From Clostridia bacterium (GTDB lineage Bacteria; Bacillota; Clostridia; JAAYHZ01): a stretch of DNA of 64,000 bases. This document shows positions 18,790-27,855 of the stretch, one piece after another. Each line of letters begins with the position of its first letter. The stretch's first letter is position 1. Under the pieces are notes generated by a model that saw only the letters and a list, made by a program, of their open reading frames with translations, searched no databases and had not been told where the DNA came from. Position numbers and translations under genes: made by a program. The stretch is from positions 1-64,000 of the forward strand of contig JBMNIH010000007.1 in NCBI GenBank assembly GCA_050950825.1, read 5' to 3'.

Positions 18790-20433
18790 ATGAGCATATT
18801 GGATACACGAGTAATCAGCTCTTTGGAAAAAGTGTTTCCGGATTGTGAGCTTCAAGCGGCCGAATGGAAAAAAGGCTCCATGCTGTCCAACGAAGTTTAC
18901 ACTTTCCAAATAGCATATAAATGGAATTCTTTATTAAAAAAAGGTGTCAAGCTTCATGTCGTAAGTACAATCGCCTCGTCGGTAACCATGTACAGCGTAG
19001 GTCTCATGCCCGTGGAAATGCCGGCTTACGGAGATCATGACGATAATGTATTAAGAGGCAAGCCCGGCATGTATCCGGATATTTTGTATCCTATATGTCC
19101 GGACGGATTGGTTTTATTGCCGCATCAGTGGAGATCTTTGTGGATTACCGTTAATCCGAAAGGAAAAGTGCCTCCCGGCGAATATACCATTGAAGTTCTT
19201 TTTGAAACCAAGGAAGGGGACCTTCTGGCAAGAGAAAGCTTTGAAATTGAAATCATCGGTATGGAGCTTCCGAAGCAAAAATTGATCTTTACCCAATGGT
19301 TCCATTCGGATTGCATTGCTACATGGTACAAGACGGAGGTTTTCAGCGAAGAGCATTGGAAGCTTCTGGAACGATACGTAAAAACGGCAGCTGCGCACGG
19401 AATCAACATGATTTTAACGCCGGTATTCACGCCGCCTTTGGACACGGCGGTAGGGGGAGAACGTCCTACCGTTCAATTGGTGGATGTGAAGAAAACCCAA
19501 GATACCTACAGCTTCAATTTCGATAAGCTGACTCGATGGGTGAATATGTGCAAAGCCAACGGAATCGAATATTTTGAGATTTCTCACTTGTTTACCCAGT
19601 GGGGAGCGAAGCATGCGCCGAAAATTATGGCGGATGTGGACGGTGAGTACAAGAGAATCTTCGGATGGGAAACCGATGCCGCGGGAGAAGATTACAAGCA
19701 TTTCTTGGATTGCTTCCTGCCTGCGTTGGTATCCTATATCAAAGAAAACGGCTTGGCGGACCGCTGCTTCTTCCATATTTCCGATGAGCCCGGTAAGGAC
19801 CACTTGGAGTCCTATGCCAAAGCCGGCAGCATCATCATGGAGCATGTGAAGGACTTCCCGGTGATCGATGCGTTGTCCGATTACGAGTTTTATAAAAACG
19901 GTTTGGTGAAAAACCCCATACCGGCGAATAACCACATTGAACCTTTCTTGGAAAATAACGTTCCGAACCTATGGACATACTATTGCTGCGGACAGTACAA
20001 GAAGGTTTCAAATCGTTTTATCGATATGCCTTCCGCTCGAAATCGCATTATCGGACTGCAATTGTATAAATTCAACATTGTCGGGTTCCTGCAATGGGGT
20101 CACAACTTCTGGTATTCCCACCAATCTCGTTATCCCATTGATCCCTTCCGAGTTGCCGACGGCGGATTTTGGGTACCTGCAGGGGACGCCTACTCCGTAT
20201 ATCCCGGAGAAGACGGACCTATCGAATCCATTCGTTTGGACGTATTCTACGACGCACTGCAGGACTTGCGTGCACTGAATCTTTTGGAACAGTACATCGG
20301 CAAAGAAGAAACGATCAAGCTTCTGGAAAAGGATATGGGCAAGCCCTTGACCTTTGATGAATATCCGAAGGATGCACAATGGCTTTTAAATAAAAGAGAA
20401 GAAATCAACAAAAAGCTGAAGGAATTTATTTAA
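18790..20433 (+). CDS. DUF4091/GH123-like glycoside hydrolase
   Basis: SSLEKVF start, HISDEP, WTYYCC, GFLQWG and ESIRL...LQDLRAL motifs. Confidence 0.78.
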   Translation: MSILDTRVISSLEKVFPDCELQAAEWKKGSMLSNEVYTFQIAYKWNSLLKKGVKLHVVSTIASSVTMYSVGLMPVEMPAYGDHDDNVLRGKPGMYPDILYPICPDGLVLLPHQWRSLWITVNPKGKVPPGEYTIEVLFETKEGDLLARESFEIEIIGMELPKQKLIFTQWFHSDCIATWYKTEVFSEEHWKLLERYVKTAAAHGINMILTPVFTPPLDTAVGGERPTVQLVDVKKTQDTYSFNFDKLTRWVNMCKANGIEYFEISHLFTQWGAKHAPKIMADVDGEYKRIFGWETDAAGEDYKHFLDCFLPALVSYIKENGLADRCFFHISDEPGKDHLESYAKAGSIIMEHVKDFPVIDALSDYEFYKNGLVKNPIPANNHIEPFLENNVPNLWTYYCCGQYKKVSNRFIDMPSARNRIIGLQLYKFNIVGFLQWGHNFWYSHQSRYPIDPFRVADGGFWVPAGDAYSVYPGEDGPIESIRLDVFYDALQDLRALNLLEQYIGKEETIKLLEKDMGKPLTFDEYPKDAQWLLNKREEINKKLKEFI

Positions 20434-20452
20434 AAATAAGAAAGAAATAATG

Positions 20453-20480
20453 AAGCCGGTCTTTGAAAGACCGGCTTTTT
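20453..20480. terminator. Terminator between convergent genes
   Basis: AAGCCGGTCTTT-G-AAAGACCGGCTTTTT. Confidence 0.78.
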
Positions 20481-21912
20481 CGGTTTAACGGAGAGAGAAT
20501 TTATCTCCCGGATCGTATTTAATGAATTCCGGATTATGAAACACTTCGTCGATTAGCTTTTGCAATCCCGCTGCATACAATTGGTCGATGTATTGAGCCC
20601 ATTCGGAGTTGTAATCGGCGATTTCTCCATTGAGCGCTCGAGTTTTGAAATCTTTGACGACCGCATCGATTTGGGGTTTAACTTCCGCATTGAGCTCCGT
20701 ATATTTTGCATACAGATCGTATCCCATGTAGGCGGCGGAAGCGTATTTCTCCGGATTCATGACGTATTTTTCAAACAATCCGTAAGCGTGCATAAACGGC
20801 ATGTATGCCCAGAAGCCGTATTTTACGGCGTTGTCAATTTGATTTTGAACGGTGGAGGGATTGTAAAACAAGCTGAATACATGCAAAGAACCTCCTTGGT
20901 ATTCGGGAGGAAGCTCCGCCGTAGGCGTAGCGATCATGGCGCTGACATAAGGTTCTCCCGACCATTTGTAGTGAATGCCTTCGATTCCGTATTTGTAGCG
21001 ATACCAAATTTCTTCGCTGTGGAAGGTGGTGTATTGCAGAATGGCGAATATTCTTTCCAGCTTTGCATCGTCCACTTGGGCTCCGATCATTTGAACTCGA
21101 TACGTTCCTGTTCCGTAGGGGTCGATGTTGTAGGTCATATCCACTAAGGTTCCGTCCGGTCCTCGGAATATCGGTCCCATGACAAAGCGAGCATTTTCGT
21201 CGGTGTTAAGAAGAATGTTTTGCGGAGGATACGTTCTGTTTTCTTCGCTATTCAAGGACAAGTACCTGCTTCCGTTGGCTTGGATGATACCGACCTTGTT
21301 CGGTTGGGTTGCGGCGGAAAATTCGACGATCCAGCTTTGCTGTCCGGGGAGTTTTTTCATATAGCCTTTTTGCAAATTGTTGGAGATCCATTGCAGGTAA
21401 TCTCTGTAGGGCGTGTAAGCATAAGAGGGAACAACGTTTCCGGTAACAGGATCTTTATACAGATACTCGGCTCTGTGTACAAAGCCGAACAAACCGGTTT
21501 GGGTCATATTGGTCCACGCGTTTTCGTTAAGGTAGACCATCCCGTATGTATCGTCGATTCCGTTTCCGTCCGGGTCGTCTTCGGTGAATTTCCTTAGAAT
21601 ATCGTTGAGGTCCTCGAAGGAATAGTTGCCTTCCGCGAAGAAGATGTTGTCGTTAAATTTTTCATAGCCTTCCGTGGTCATCTTAACCGGGATGCAGCTT
21701 GCTTTCATCGAAAGGATAGCCGACGGCTTCGAGCCAATCCAAATTCACGCAGGTTGCATCGTAGAAATATTGGCAGCCGGAAATGTTGCAGTGGGTAATG
21801 CCTAAGTATTCATCGGTTTTGCCGGGGACTAAGTTGTATAAAAACCCCACCGGGATCTTTTCCAACATGGCGTAGTATCCCGGGAGCCATTCCTTGAAGT
21901 GGTTAGTGTGAA

Positions 21913-21938
21913 AATAAAAAAGACCCGCGAAGGCCGCA
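21913..21938 (-). terminator. Terminator-like hairpin in the IS110 right end
   Basis: Minus strand GCGGCC-TTCGCG-GGTC followed by TTTTTTATTTT. Confidence 0.5.
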
Positions 21939-21994
21939 ACAAAGCAAGCCCTTAAGGAATACCTAGGACTGTGGATGAAACTGGAATTACACTA

Positions 21995-23260
21995 TTAGTT
22001 TGTTATTGCCACTAGATCAGAAATATTCACAGTATACCCATTGGCTTGCAAAAATGCGATGGCCTGCTCAATACTTAGAGAATCCTGCTGATTACGCTTC
22101 TTAGATTTCGCATTGTCATCATACAGCAATGGATTGAATGGCTCATTTTTAGAGAGCATGTGATAGATGCAGGTTAAAATCATTCTTGCGGTAGCAATAA
22201 TAGCACGTTTGTGACCACGACGTTTTTTAATCGCTTCATAGCGGTTTTTGAAAACAGTGCAGGACTTGTCCTTTACAGCGGCATTAGCACACTGGACAAG
22301 TAAAGGTTTAATGTAGACACCGGCGCGGCTAATACGGACACTTTTCTTCTTACCGGCACTTTCATTACTCTGGGGTGTAAGGCCAGCCCAGGAACAAAGA
22401 TGCTTGTCCGAGGTGAAGACGGACATATCGGTTCCGATTTCTGAAAGAATAGCTGTAGCCGATGCCTGCTTAATACCAGGTAAAGTAGCGATGATGTCAA
22501 TTTGTTCTTTGAAAGGTAAAGATAGCTCGAGTATTGTAGCTTCCAGTATTTCGATGCATTTTTCAACGCTGTTATAGTGCTCATAGCATACAGACAATTT
22601 TGCCGCTTGCTCCTTAGAGAATTTACCAGCAACGGCTTGTTCAATTTCATCCGATTTTTTCTTCAGACTTTTGTGGAGCATTGAAGAATAATCAAAGTCG
22701 ATGATATCAGGATTCTCTATCATGTGCTTAATAATTGAGGAAGCAGACTTGCCGAAGGTGTCGGAAACAACATTGGCAAGCATGATGTTTGAAACTGTAA
22801 GCGAATTTTGCACCCGGTTTTTCTCACTGGAAGAGACGTTGGTAAGTTTAGACTTGTACCGAATTAAATCCCGCAACTCCCGTATAGGCTTAGATGGGAT
22901 AAAGCTACCTTTTACCAATGCATGCTTGTGTAAGTCAGCAAGCCAAATTGAATCTCGCTTATCGGTTTTCTTACCTGGGATATTTTTAACGTATCTCGGG
23001 TTTGCAAGGGTAATAGTGCAGAAATCCTCGAGCACGTTAAAAACAGGAATCCAGTACTTTCCGGTGGATTCCATACAGACATCTTTGCACTTGTTTTCTA
23101 CTAACCAGTTGTTGAGAGCGATTAGATCATTTTTGAAAGTATTAAAACGACGTGTTTGATAGGAAGTAACATTTTTATCATTGGTGGTGGCAATAGTGGC
23201 AATTACAAACTTTTTGTGGACATCAATTCCACAACAGATGGGATAGACAATCTTAAGCAT
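21995..23260 (-). CDS. IS110-family recombinase/transposase (DEDD RuvC-like + Tnp20 domain)
   Basis: CGIDVHK (D), CMESTG (E), KTDKRDS (D,D), WAGLTPQSNESAGK (catalytic Ser region); RBS before ATG 23260. Confidence 0.95.
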   Translation of the reverse strand: MLKIVYPICCGIDVHKKFVIATIATTNDKNVTSYQTRRFNTFKNDLIALNNWLVENKCKDVCMESTGKYWIPVFNVLEDFCTITLANPRYVKNIPGKKTDKRDSIWLADLHKHALVKGSFIPSKPIRELRDLIRYKSKLTNVSSSEKNRVQNSLTVSNIMLANVVSDTFGKSASSIIKHMIENPDIIDFDYSSMLHKSLKKKSDEIEQAVAGKFSKEQAAKLSVCYEHYNSVEKCIEILEATILELSLPFKEQIDIIATLPGIKQASATAILSEIGTDMSVFTSDKHLCSWAGLTPQSNESAGKKKSVRISRAGVYIKPLLVQCANAAVKDKSCTVFKNRYEAIKKRRGHKRAIIATARMILTCIYHMLSKNEPFNPLLYDDNAKSKKRNQQDSLSIEQAIAFLQANGYTVNISDLVAITN

Positions 23261-23284
23261 CAACCTCACCCTTGTAAATATTTA

Positions 23285-23471
23285 GGGATGCAGGCATTGA
23301 CTGTCCACTCAATATAAACAAGAGCTTTGTTTAAAACAAAGATTAGTGTTCGTGCTCGATGGCACACTTATTTGTACTTGAGAGAGCGAACGGCACATGT
23401 TAATATACGGACAACTCAAAGTTTGGTTGTCACACTCACCTCCCCGTGCTCTGTAGTATACCTGCATACCC
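23285..23471 (-). ncRNA. Predicted IS110 bridge (guide) RNA
   Basis: Downstream of TTTACT-17-TAAAAT; closed by a GGGUAUGCAGG/CCUGCAUCCC stem; internal hairpins; segments match the target flanks and the donor end. Confidence 0.72.
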
Positions 23472-23477
23472 ACTTAT

Positions 23478-23506
23478 ATTTTACTACAGAGGGTGGCTTA
23501 AGTAAA
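23478..23506 (-). promoter_or_regulatory. Sigma-A-like promoter inside the IS110 left end
   Basis: TTTACT (23506-23501), 17 bp, TAAAAT (23483-23478). Confidence 0.5.
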
Positions 23507-24251
23507 AATTTTTCATTCTATTTTGTGCCTTGAGCACAGCGAAAGGAATGTGATGTTAATATGGATGGAGCGGGAAATTCCTTCTTCGTATTGCTGTTCC
23601 GGCGGCCTCGGTGCACCCGGTGCAAAGTAGAAATCGGGAATATCACCGGCGGCAAACAACGGCGCCATTTCTTCACCCTTAACGCCATCTTGCGTCCACA
23701 CTTGTATATCCACATTGAACATCTCTTCGAGCTCCAGCTCATCCCATCTTCCTTCCGGATAAGTGGAATTGTGCTGTGTCAGCCAGGTAATCTCGAAAAA
23801 TTCTTCAAAGGGATTTACCTCTTCTGCTGTAGTTGTTTGGCTCTTGTCATCCGATTGTTCTTTCGAGCAAGCGGCAAACTGAAAGATGACAGTTAAGACC
23901 AACAGTAAACACAACAGTTTTTTCATACCTTTTTCCTCCGATTCACAAAATTTAATCTATAGAAATATATAGATTATCCTTTGCAACCGTTCAAACAAAT
24001 GTAATGCATTTGTTTTCTGCTCTTTTGTAAGCGTTTAGAACTGCCGCTGGCGGAGATCAATAACAAATAAGGGAACAGTCAAAATTAATTTCATGAATTT
24101 AAGATTATTACCGAATGAATTTCGACGTAGTAAAATTGTACCATAATAACGCCGAGAAATCAAATAAAGAAATATATAATAAATAACAAAAAAGAGAAAA
24201 GAGAGAGATTTTTTACATCTCCTCCGTATAACGACTTTTTTTAGCTATCTT

Positions 24252-24605
24252 TTACTTTTTCAGATTCGGAATCAAAACTTCCAAGATATTGATAATAACG
24301 GATAACTGATGGTTGGTGCAATTTTCGATCAAGTCATGAACTTTCTTTATGTTTTCGCTGTTATCTTCTTTTACGGTATCCAGCTCAATGATACTGCTCG
24401 TATCAATGTTGTATGTTTTGCATATTTCAATGACCTTTTGGATGTTGATGTTTCTTTCTCCACGCTCAATCGTTCCCCAATAAGCAGCATCAATGTTCAG
24501 TTTCTCGCAAAACTGTTCCCGTGTCATTTTATTGGTTTCACGGAACTTACGAATGTTGTAAGCGATTTTTTTTACCAGGTCGTTCGTGTCCATCGAAGAG
24601 CGCAC
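24252..24605 (-). CDS. XRE-family helix-turn-helix regulator
   Basis: IRKFRE..MTREQFCEKLNIDAAYWGTIERGERN HTH pattern. Confidence 0.85.
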   Translation of the reverse strand: MRSSMDTNDLVKKIAYNIRKFRETNKMTREQFCEKLNIDAAYWGTIERGERNINIQKVIEICKTYNIDTSSIIELDTVKEDNSENIKKVHDLIENCTNHQLSVIINILEVLIPNLKK

Positions 24606-24819
24606 TCCTAAAGTCTTTTGCTTCTTATATTTTATCGAGAATTATTACGGGTTTACAGTAACAAAATGATGATACGAGTGTCGCAAACTGCATGTAACAA
24701 TGGAAACCGAAAGACATTTCGCAGGTTTTCATTGAACCGAATCTTCGGTAAGTGATATAATTCGACGTATGAATCACTACAGATAGGGAGAATACGAGTT
24801 TATTCTTTAAGTCGAGTTT

Positions 24820-25986
24820 ATGAAAAGAAAGTATATTACTTATTTGAGCTGCACGGTTTTGGCTTGTTATGCCATGATCATAACGTCCATTAGTCCCATG
24901 ATATTGGATATTTCCCGTACCTACCAAGTGGATTTGGCCACGGTAGGTGTTTTGTTTACCTTTTTGTTCATCGGTTTGACGGTTTTTGTTCCCGTAGCCG
25001 GCAATTTGGCGGATCGAGTAGGAAAAAAACGAGTGTTGAATGTATCCGTTATCGGTTTAGTCCTTGCGTTATTCGGCTTTGTAAAGGCTCCGAGCTTTGT
25101 TGTCCTTTGCATCCTGTCGATTTTTATAGGCGGATTCGGCGGAGTTACGGAAAGCATGATCGGCGCTTTTGTCCACGATATCAATCCGGAAAAGCCGGAA
25201 TACTACGTGAACATGACCCAAGTCTTTTTCGGCATCGGTGCCATTATCGGACCTTTGATCGCAGGACAAATGCTGTCAAAAGGATTCGATTGGCGAATCG
25301 GTTATACGGTGATCGGCCTTTTCATGGCCGCCGCGGCTTTGGTTTTTCTTTTTTCCAAAGGAGACGGGAAAAAGGTTTCTTTGGACGCTTCGGAAAAAGG
25401 AGAGCTTCGTTTGTCCGAGCTTATCAAAAGCAAGGTTTTCATACTCCTTTGCTTGGCCATGTTTTTTTACACCGGTTCGGAAGTGGGAGCTTGGGGATGG
25501 ATGTGCACCTATTTGGAAGAAAGCTTTATGTTTACCGCAGATCAGTCCTCGGTAGCCGTAGCCTTTTTTTGGTTGGCATTAACGTTAGGAAGAATCTTCT
25601 GCGGTTGGCTGACCACAAGGTTTTCCACGGTTGGCATCGTATCCTTCTTGGCGTTTTCTTCCGCCGCCTTTACCTTGTTTTCGGCTTTGGTGAAAAGCGA
25701 TGCAGGCATATACGGAGCCGTAATTGCCATGGGTCTTGCTTTTTCCAGCCAGTATCCTTTGATTTTATCTTATGCGGGAAAAGTGACGGGAAGATCTTCC
25801 GGGAAGGTCTTTTCCATTCTGACGGCGTTTTCCGGAATCGGGAATATGATCGTGCCGTTTTTCATGGGGGTTCTCGGAGACTTTTTGGGTATGCGGTATG
25901 CCATGATCCTGCCCGCCCTTTTATTTCTCTTAACCGGAGCTATCTTTGTCTACTTCGGCAAGGCTCCGAAAAACGAATTCAATTAA
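24820..25986 (+). CDS. MFS transporter (TsgA/sugar-permease-like)
   Basis: About 12 TM segments, GNLADRVGKK motif A, FYTGSEVG, GFLGD-like end. Confidence 0.88.
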   Translation: MKRKYITYLSCTVLACYAMIITSISPMILDISRTYQVDLATVGVLFTFLFIGLTVFVPVAGNLADRVGKKRVLNVSVIGLVLALFGFVKAPSFVVLCILSIFIGGFGGVTESMIGAFVHDINPEKPEYYVNMTQVFFGIGAIIGPLIAGQMLSKGFDWRIGYTVIGLFMAAAALVFLFSKGDGKKVSLDASEKGELRLSELIKSKVFILLCLAMFFYTGSEVGAWGWMCTYLEESFMFTADQSSVAVAFFWLALTLGRIFCGWLTTRFSTVGIVSFLAFSSAAFTLFSALVKSDAGIYGAVIAMGLAFSSQYPLILSYAGKVTGRSSGKVFSILTAFSGIGNMIVPFFMGVLGDFLGMRYAMILPALLFLLTGAIFVYFGKAPKNEFN

Positions 25987-25990
25987 AATA

Positions 25991-26014
25991 GGGGACCTTT
26001 CGTCCCCGTTTTTT
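25991..26014. terminator. Terminator between convergent genes
   Basis: GGGGAC-CTTTC-GTCCCC then a T-run. Confidence 0.7.
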
Positions 26015-26019
26015 ATTGT

Positions 26020-27762
26020 TTAATCCTTTTGAACAAAATCTTGATTCATGCCGATTTTCAGCAGGATATCTTTTTCTTTCTCCTTGGAGGAACCGGCAGC
26101 ATCATAGGTGTACATTTTGTAGGCGGTATAGCCTCCCGCTAAGTTTTTTACGTTTTTGAAGCCGTGTTGTTTCATGATTCGGTAGGCGATGTAGGAGCGG
26201 ACGCCTACGGCACAGTGAAGGACGTAGCTTTGGTTTTTATCCAAAGACAGCAATGATTCCCTCAAATCATCCACCGGTACATGTATACTTCCCTTTATAT
26301 ACCCTTTGGATCTTTCGTAAGAGGTTCGAACGTCCAAAACCACAGGCTTCGGATCCGCCTTTTCCAGCTCCTCCACGGTGATGTATTCGACGGTGCCGTT
26401 TACGATATTTTCGGCGGAAAATCCCGCTATGTTCACCGGATCTTTGGCGGATGAATAAGGAGGTGCATAGCATAAATCCAGCTCTTCCAAGTCGAAAACC
26501 GTAGCACCGAACTTTATGGCCGTGGCAATCACGTCAATTCGTTTATCCACTCCCTTGTATCCTACTCCTTGGGCGCCTAACACTTTTCCGCTTTTATGGA
26601 ATAAAAGCTTAAGTGTCAGCGGTTTGCCTCCCGGATAATATCCCGCATGGGAAAGAGGGTGAACGATGGTTATATCATAATCCTTGTGAAGCATGAGGCC
26701 GTCTCTTCGCAATTGCTTTTCATTGAGTCCGGTACAAGCCACGGTAAGGTCGAATACCTTGGCTACCGACGAGCCTAAAGAGCCTTTGTAGGTACGCAAA
26801 AGCCCGCATATGTTGTCGGCGGCCAAACGTCCCATTTTGTTTGCAGGACCGGCCAAAGGTATAATCAGCTTTTTTTCTTTGTTCACGTAATGGACGGTTT
26901 CCACGATATCGCCTACGGCATAAATATTTTCATCCGAGGTTTGAAGAGTATCGTCGGTTACGATACCGCCTCTTTCGCTGATTTCCAGACCGCAGTCTTT
27001 CGCAAGAGCCGTATTCGGTCGAATACCGATACATAAAATCGCCATATCGGCATCTACGTTTTTCCCGCTGTTTAACGTTACCCGAATACCCTTATCCAAA
27101 GGAGAAAAGGCTTTGAGACCGTCCTTAAGAATGAGGGCAATTCCGTTGTCTACAAGGTGCTTGTGCACCGATTGGGCCATGTCAAAATCCAAAGGTGGCA
27201 TAACTTGATCGGCGGCTTCCACTAAGGTTACGGAAATTCCCCTTAATTTTAAGTTCTCCGCAAGCTCCAATCCGATAAAACCGCCGCCTACCACCACTGC
27301 CGACCGGGCGCCATCTTTTTCAAGGGCTTCGATAATCCTGTCCATATCCGGTATACTCCATAAAGTCATGACCTTCGGATTGTCGATTCCCGGTACGGAA
27401 GGACGTACGGGAACGGACCCGGTGGCCAATACCAAAACATCGTAGCCTTCCTTGTATGTTGTTTGTGTCTTATGATTTTTCACAAGAACTTGCTTATGAT
27501 CCCTGTCAATGGAGAGCACTTCATTCCGGGTACGGACGTCTACACGAAATCGATTGTAAAAGCTTTCGGGTGTCTGCAGAAGCAATTGGCCTCGATCCTC
27601 GATTACTCCTCCGATATGGTAGGGAAGACCGCAGTTGGCGAAGGATATATACTCTCCCTTTTCAAACATGATAATCTCGGCAAACTCGTCCAAGCGGCGA
27701 AGCCTAGCCGCACAGCTTGCTCCTCCCGCAACACCTCCAACGATCAAAACCTTCTTTGGCAT
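26020..27762 (-). CDS. cdr: CoA-disulfide reductase with C-terminal rhodanese domain
   Basis: GGVAGGAS, SFANCGLPY, GGGFIGLE, YAPPYSSAKDPVN; rhodanese HCAVGVRS and NLAGGY. Confidence 0.9.
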   Translation of the reverse strand: MPKKVLIVGGVAGGASCAARLRRLDEFAEIIMFEKGEYISFANCGLPYHIGGVIEDRGQLLLQTPESFYNRFRVDVRTRNEVLSIDRDHKQVLVKNHKTQTTYKEGYDVLVLATGSVPVRPSVPGIDNPKVMTLWSIPDMDRIIEALEKDGARSAVVVGGGFIGLELAENLKLRGISVTLVEAADQVMPPLDFDMAQSVHKHLVDNGIALILKDGLKAFSPLDKGIRVTLNSGKNVDADMAILCIGIRPNTALAKDCGLEISERGGIVTDDTLQTSDENIYAVGDIVETVHYVNKEKKLIIPLAGPANKMGRLAADNICGLLRTYKGSLGSSVAKVFDLTVACTGLNEKQLRRDGLMLHKDYDITIVHPLSHAGYYPGGKPLTLKLLFHKSGKVLGAQGVGYKGVDKRIDVIATAIKFGATVFDLEELDLCYAPPYSSAKDPVNIAGFSAENIVNGTVEYITVEELEKADPKPVVLDVRTSYERSKGYIKGSIHVPVDDLRESLLSLDKNQSYVLHCAVGVRSYIAYRIMKQHGFKNVKNLAGGYTAYKMYTYDAAGSSKEKEKDILLKIGMNQDFVQKD

Positions 27763-27807
27763 GATTTCTCCTTCCTTTCACGGGTGCTTTGCTATAGAAC
27801 AATACCA

Positions 27808-27849
27808 AGTATACCGGCCTCCGTATGAAAGACACGTGACTTCGTCACA
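27808..27849 (-). promoter_or_regulatory. cdr promoter with a palindromic Crp/Fnr-type site
   Basis: GTGAC-N3-GTCAC at 27836-27848; -10 TATACT at 27813-27808. Confidence 0.55.
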
Positions 27850-27855
27850 CAACCT

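Larger units (their letters stand above)
21902..23558 (-). mobile_element. IS110-family insertion sequence, intact
   Basis: Boundaries defined by the interrupted gene; TAAC (minus strand) at both junctions (21902-21905, 23555-23558); no terminal inverted repeats; long left end, short right end. Confidence 0.93.
20485..23926 (-). pseudogene. Solute-binding lipoprotein, paralog of 10720-12579, split by IS110 plus a +1 frameshift near 21690
   Basis: The 5' part (23926-23555) and 3' part (21901-20485) align to the intact paralog; removing the IS restores ...SRSIHINHFKEWLPGYY... Confidence 0.88.

Noticed and set aside
21900-21915. IS621-style promoter formed across the IS110 circle junction
   Set aside because: TTCACA in the right end has no plausible -10 box 16-18 bp into the left end.
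25107-25991. 294-aa overlapping ORF inside the MFS gene
   Set aside because: Alternate-frame shadow of a hydrophobic gene; no RBS or recognisable motifs.
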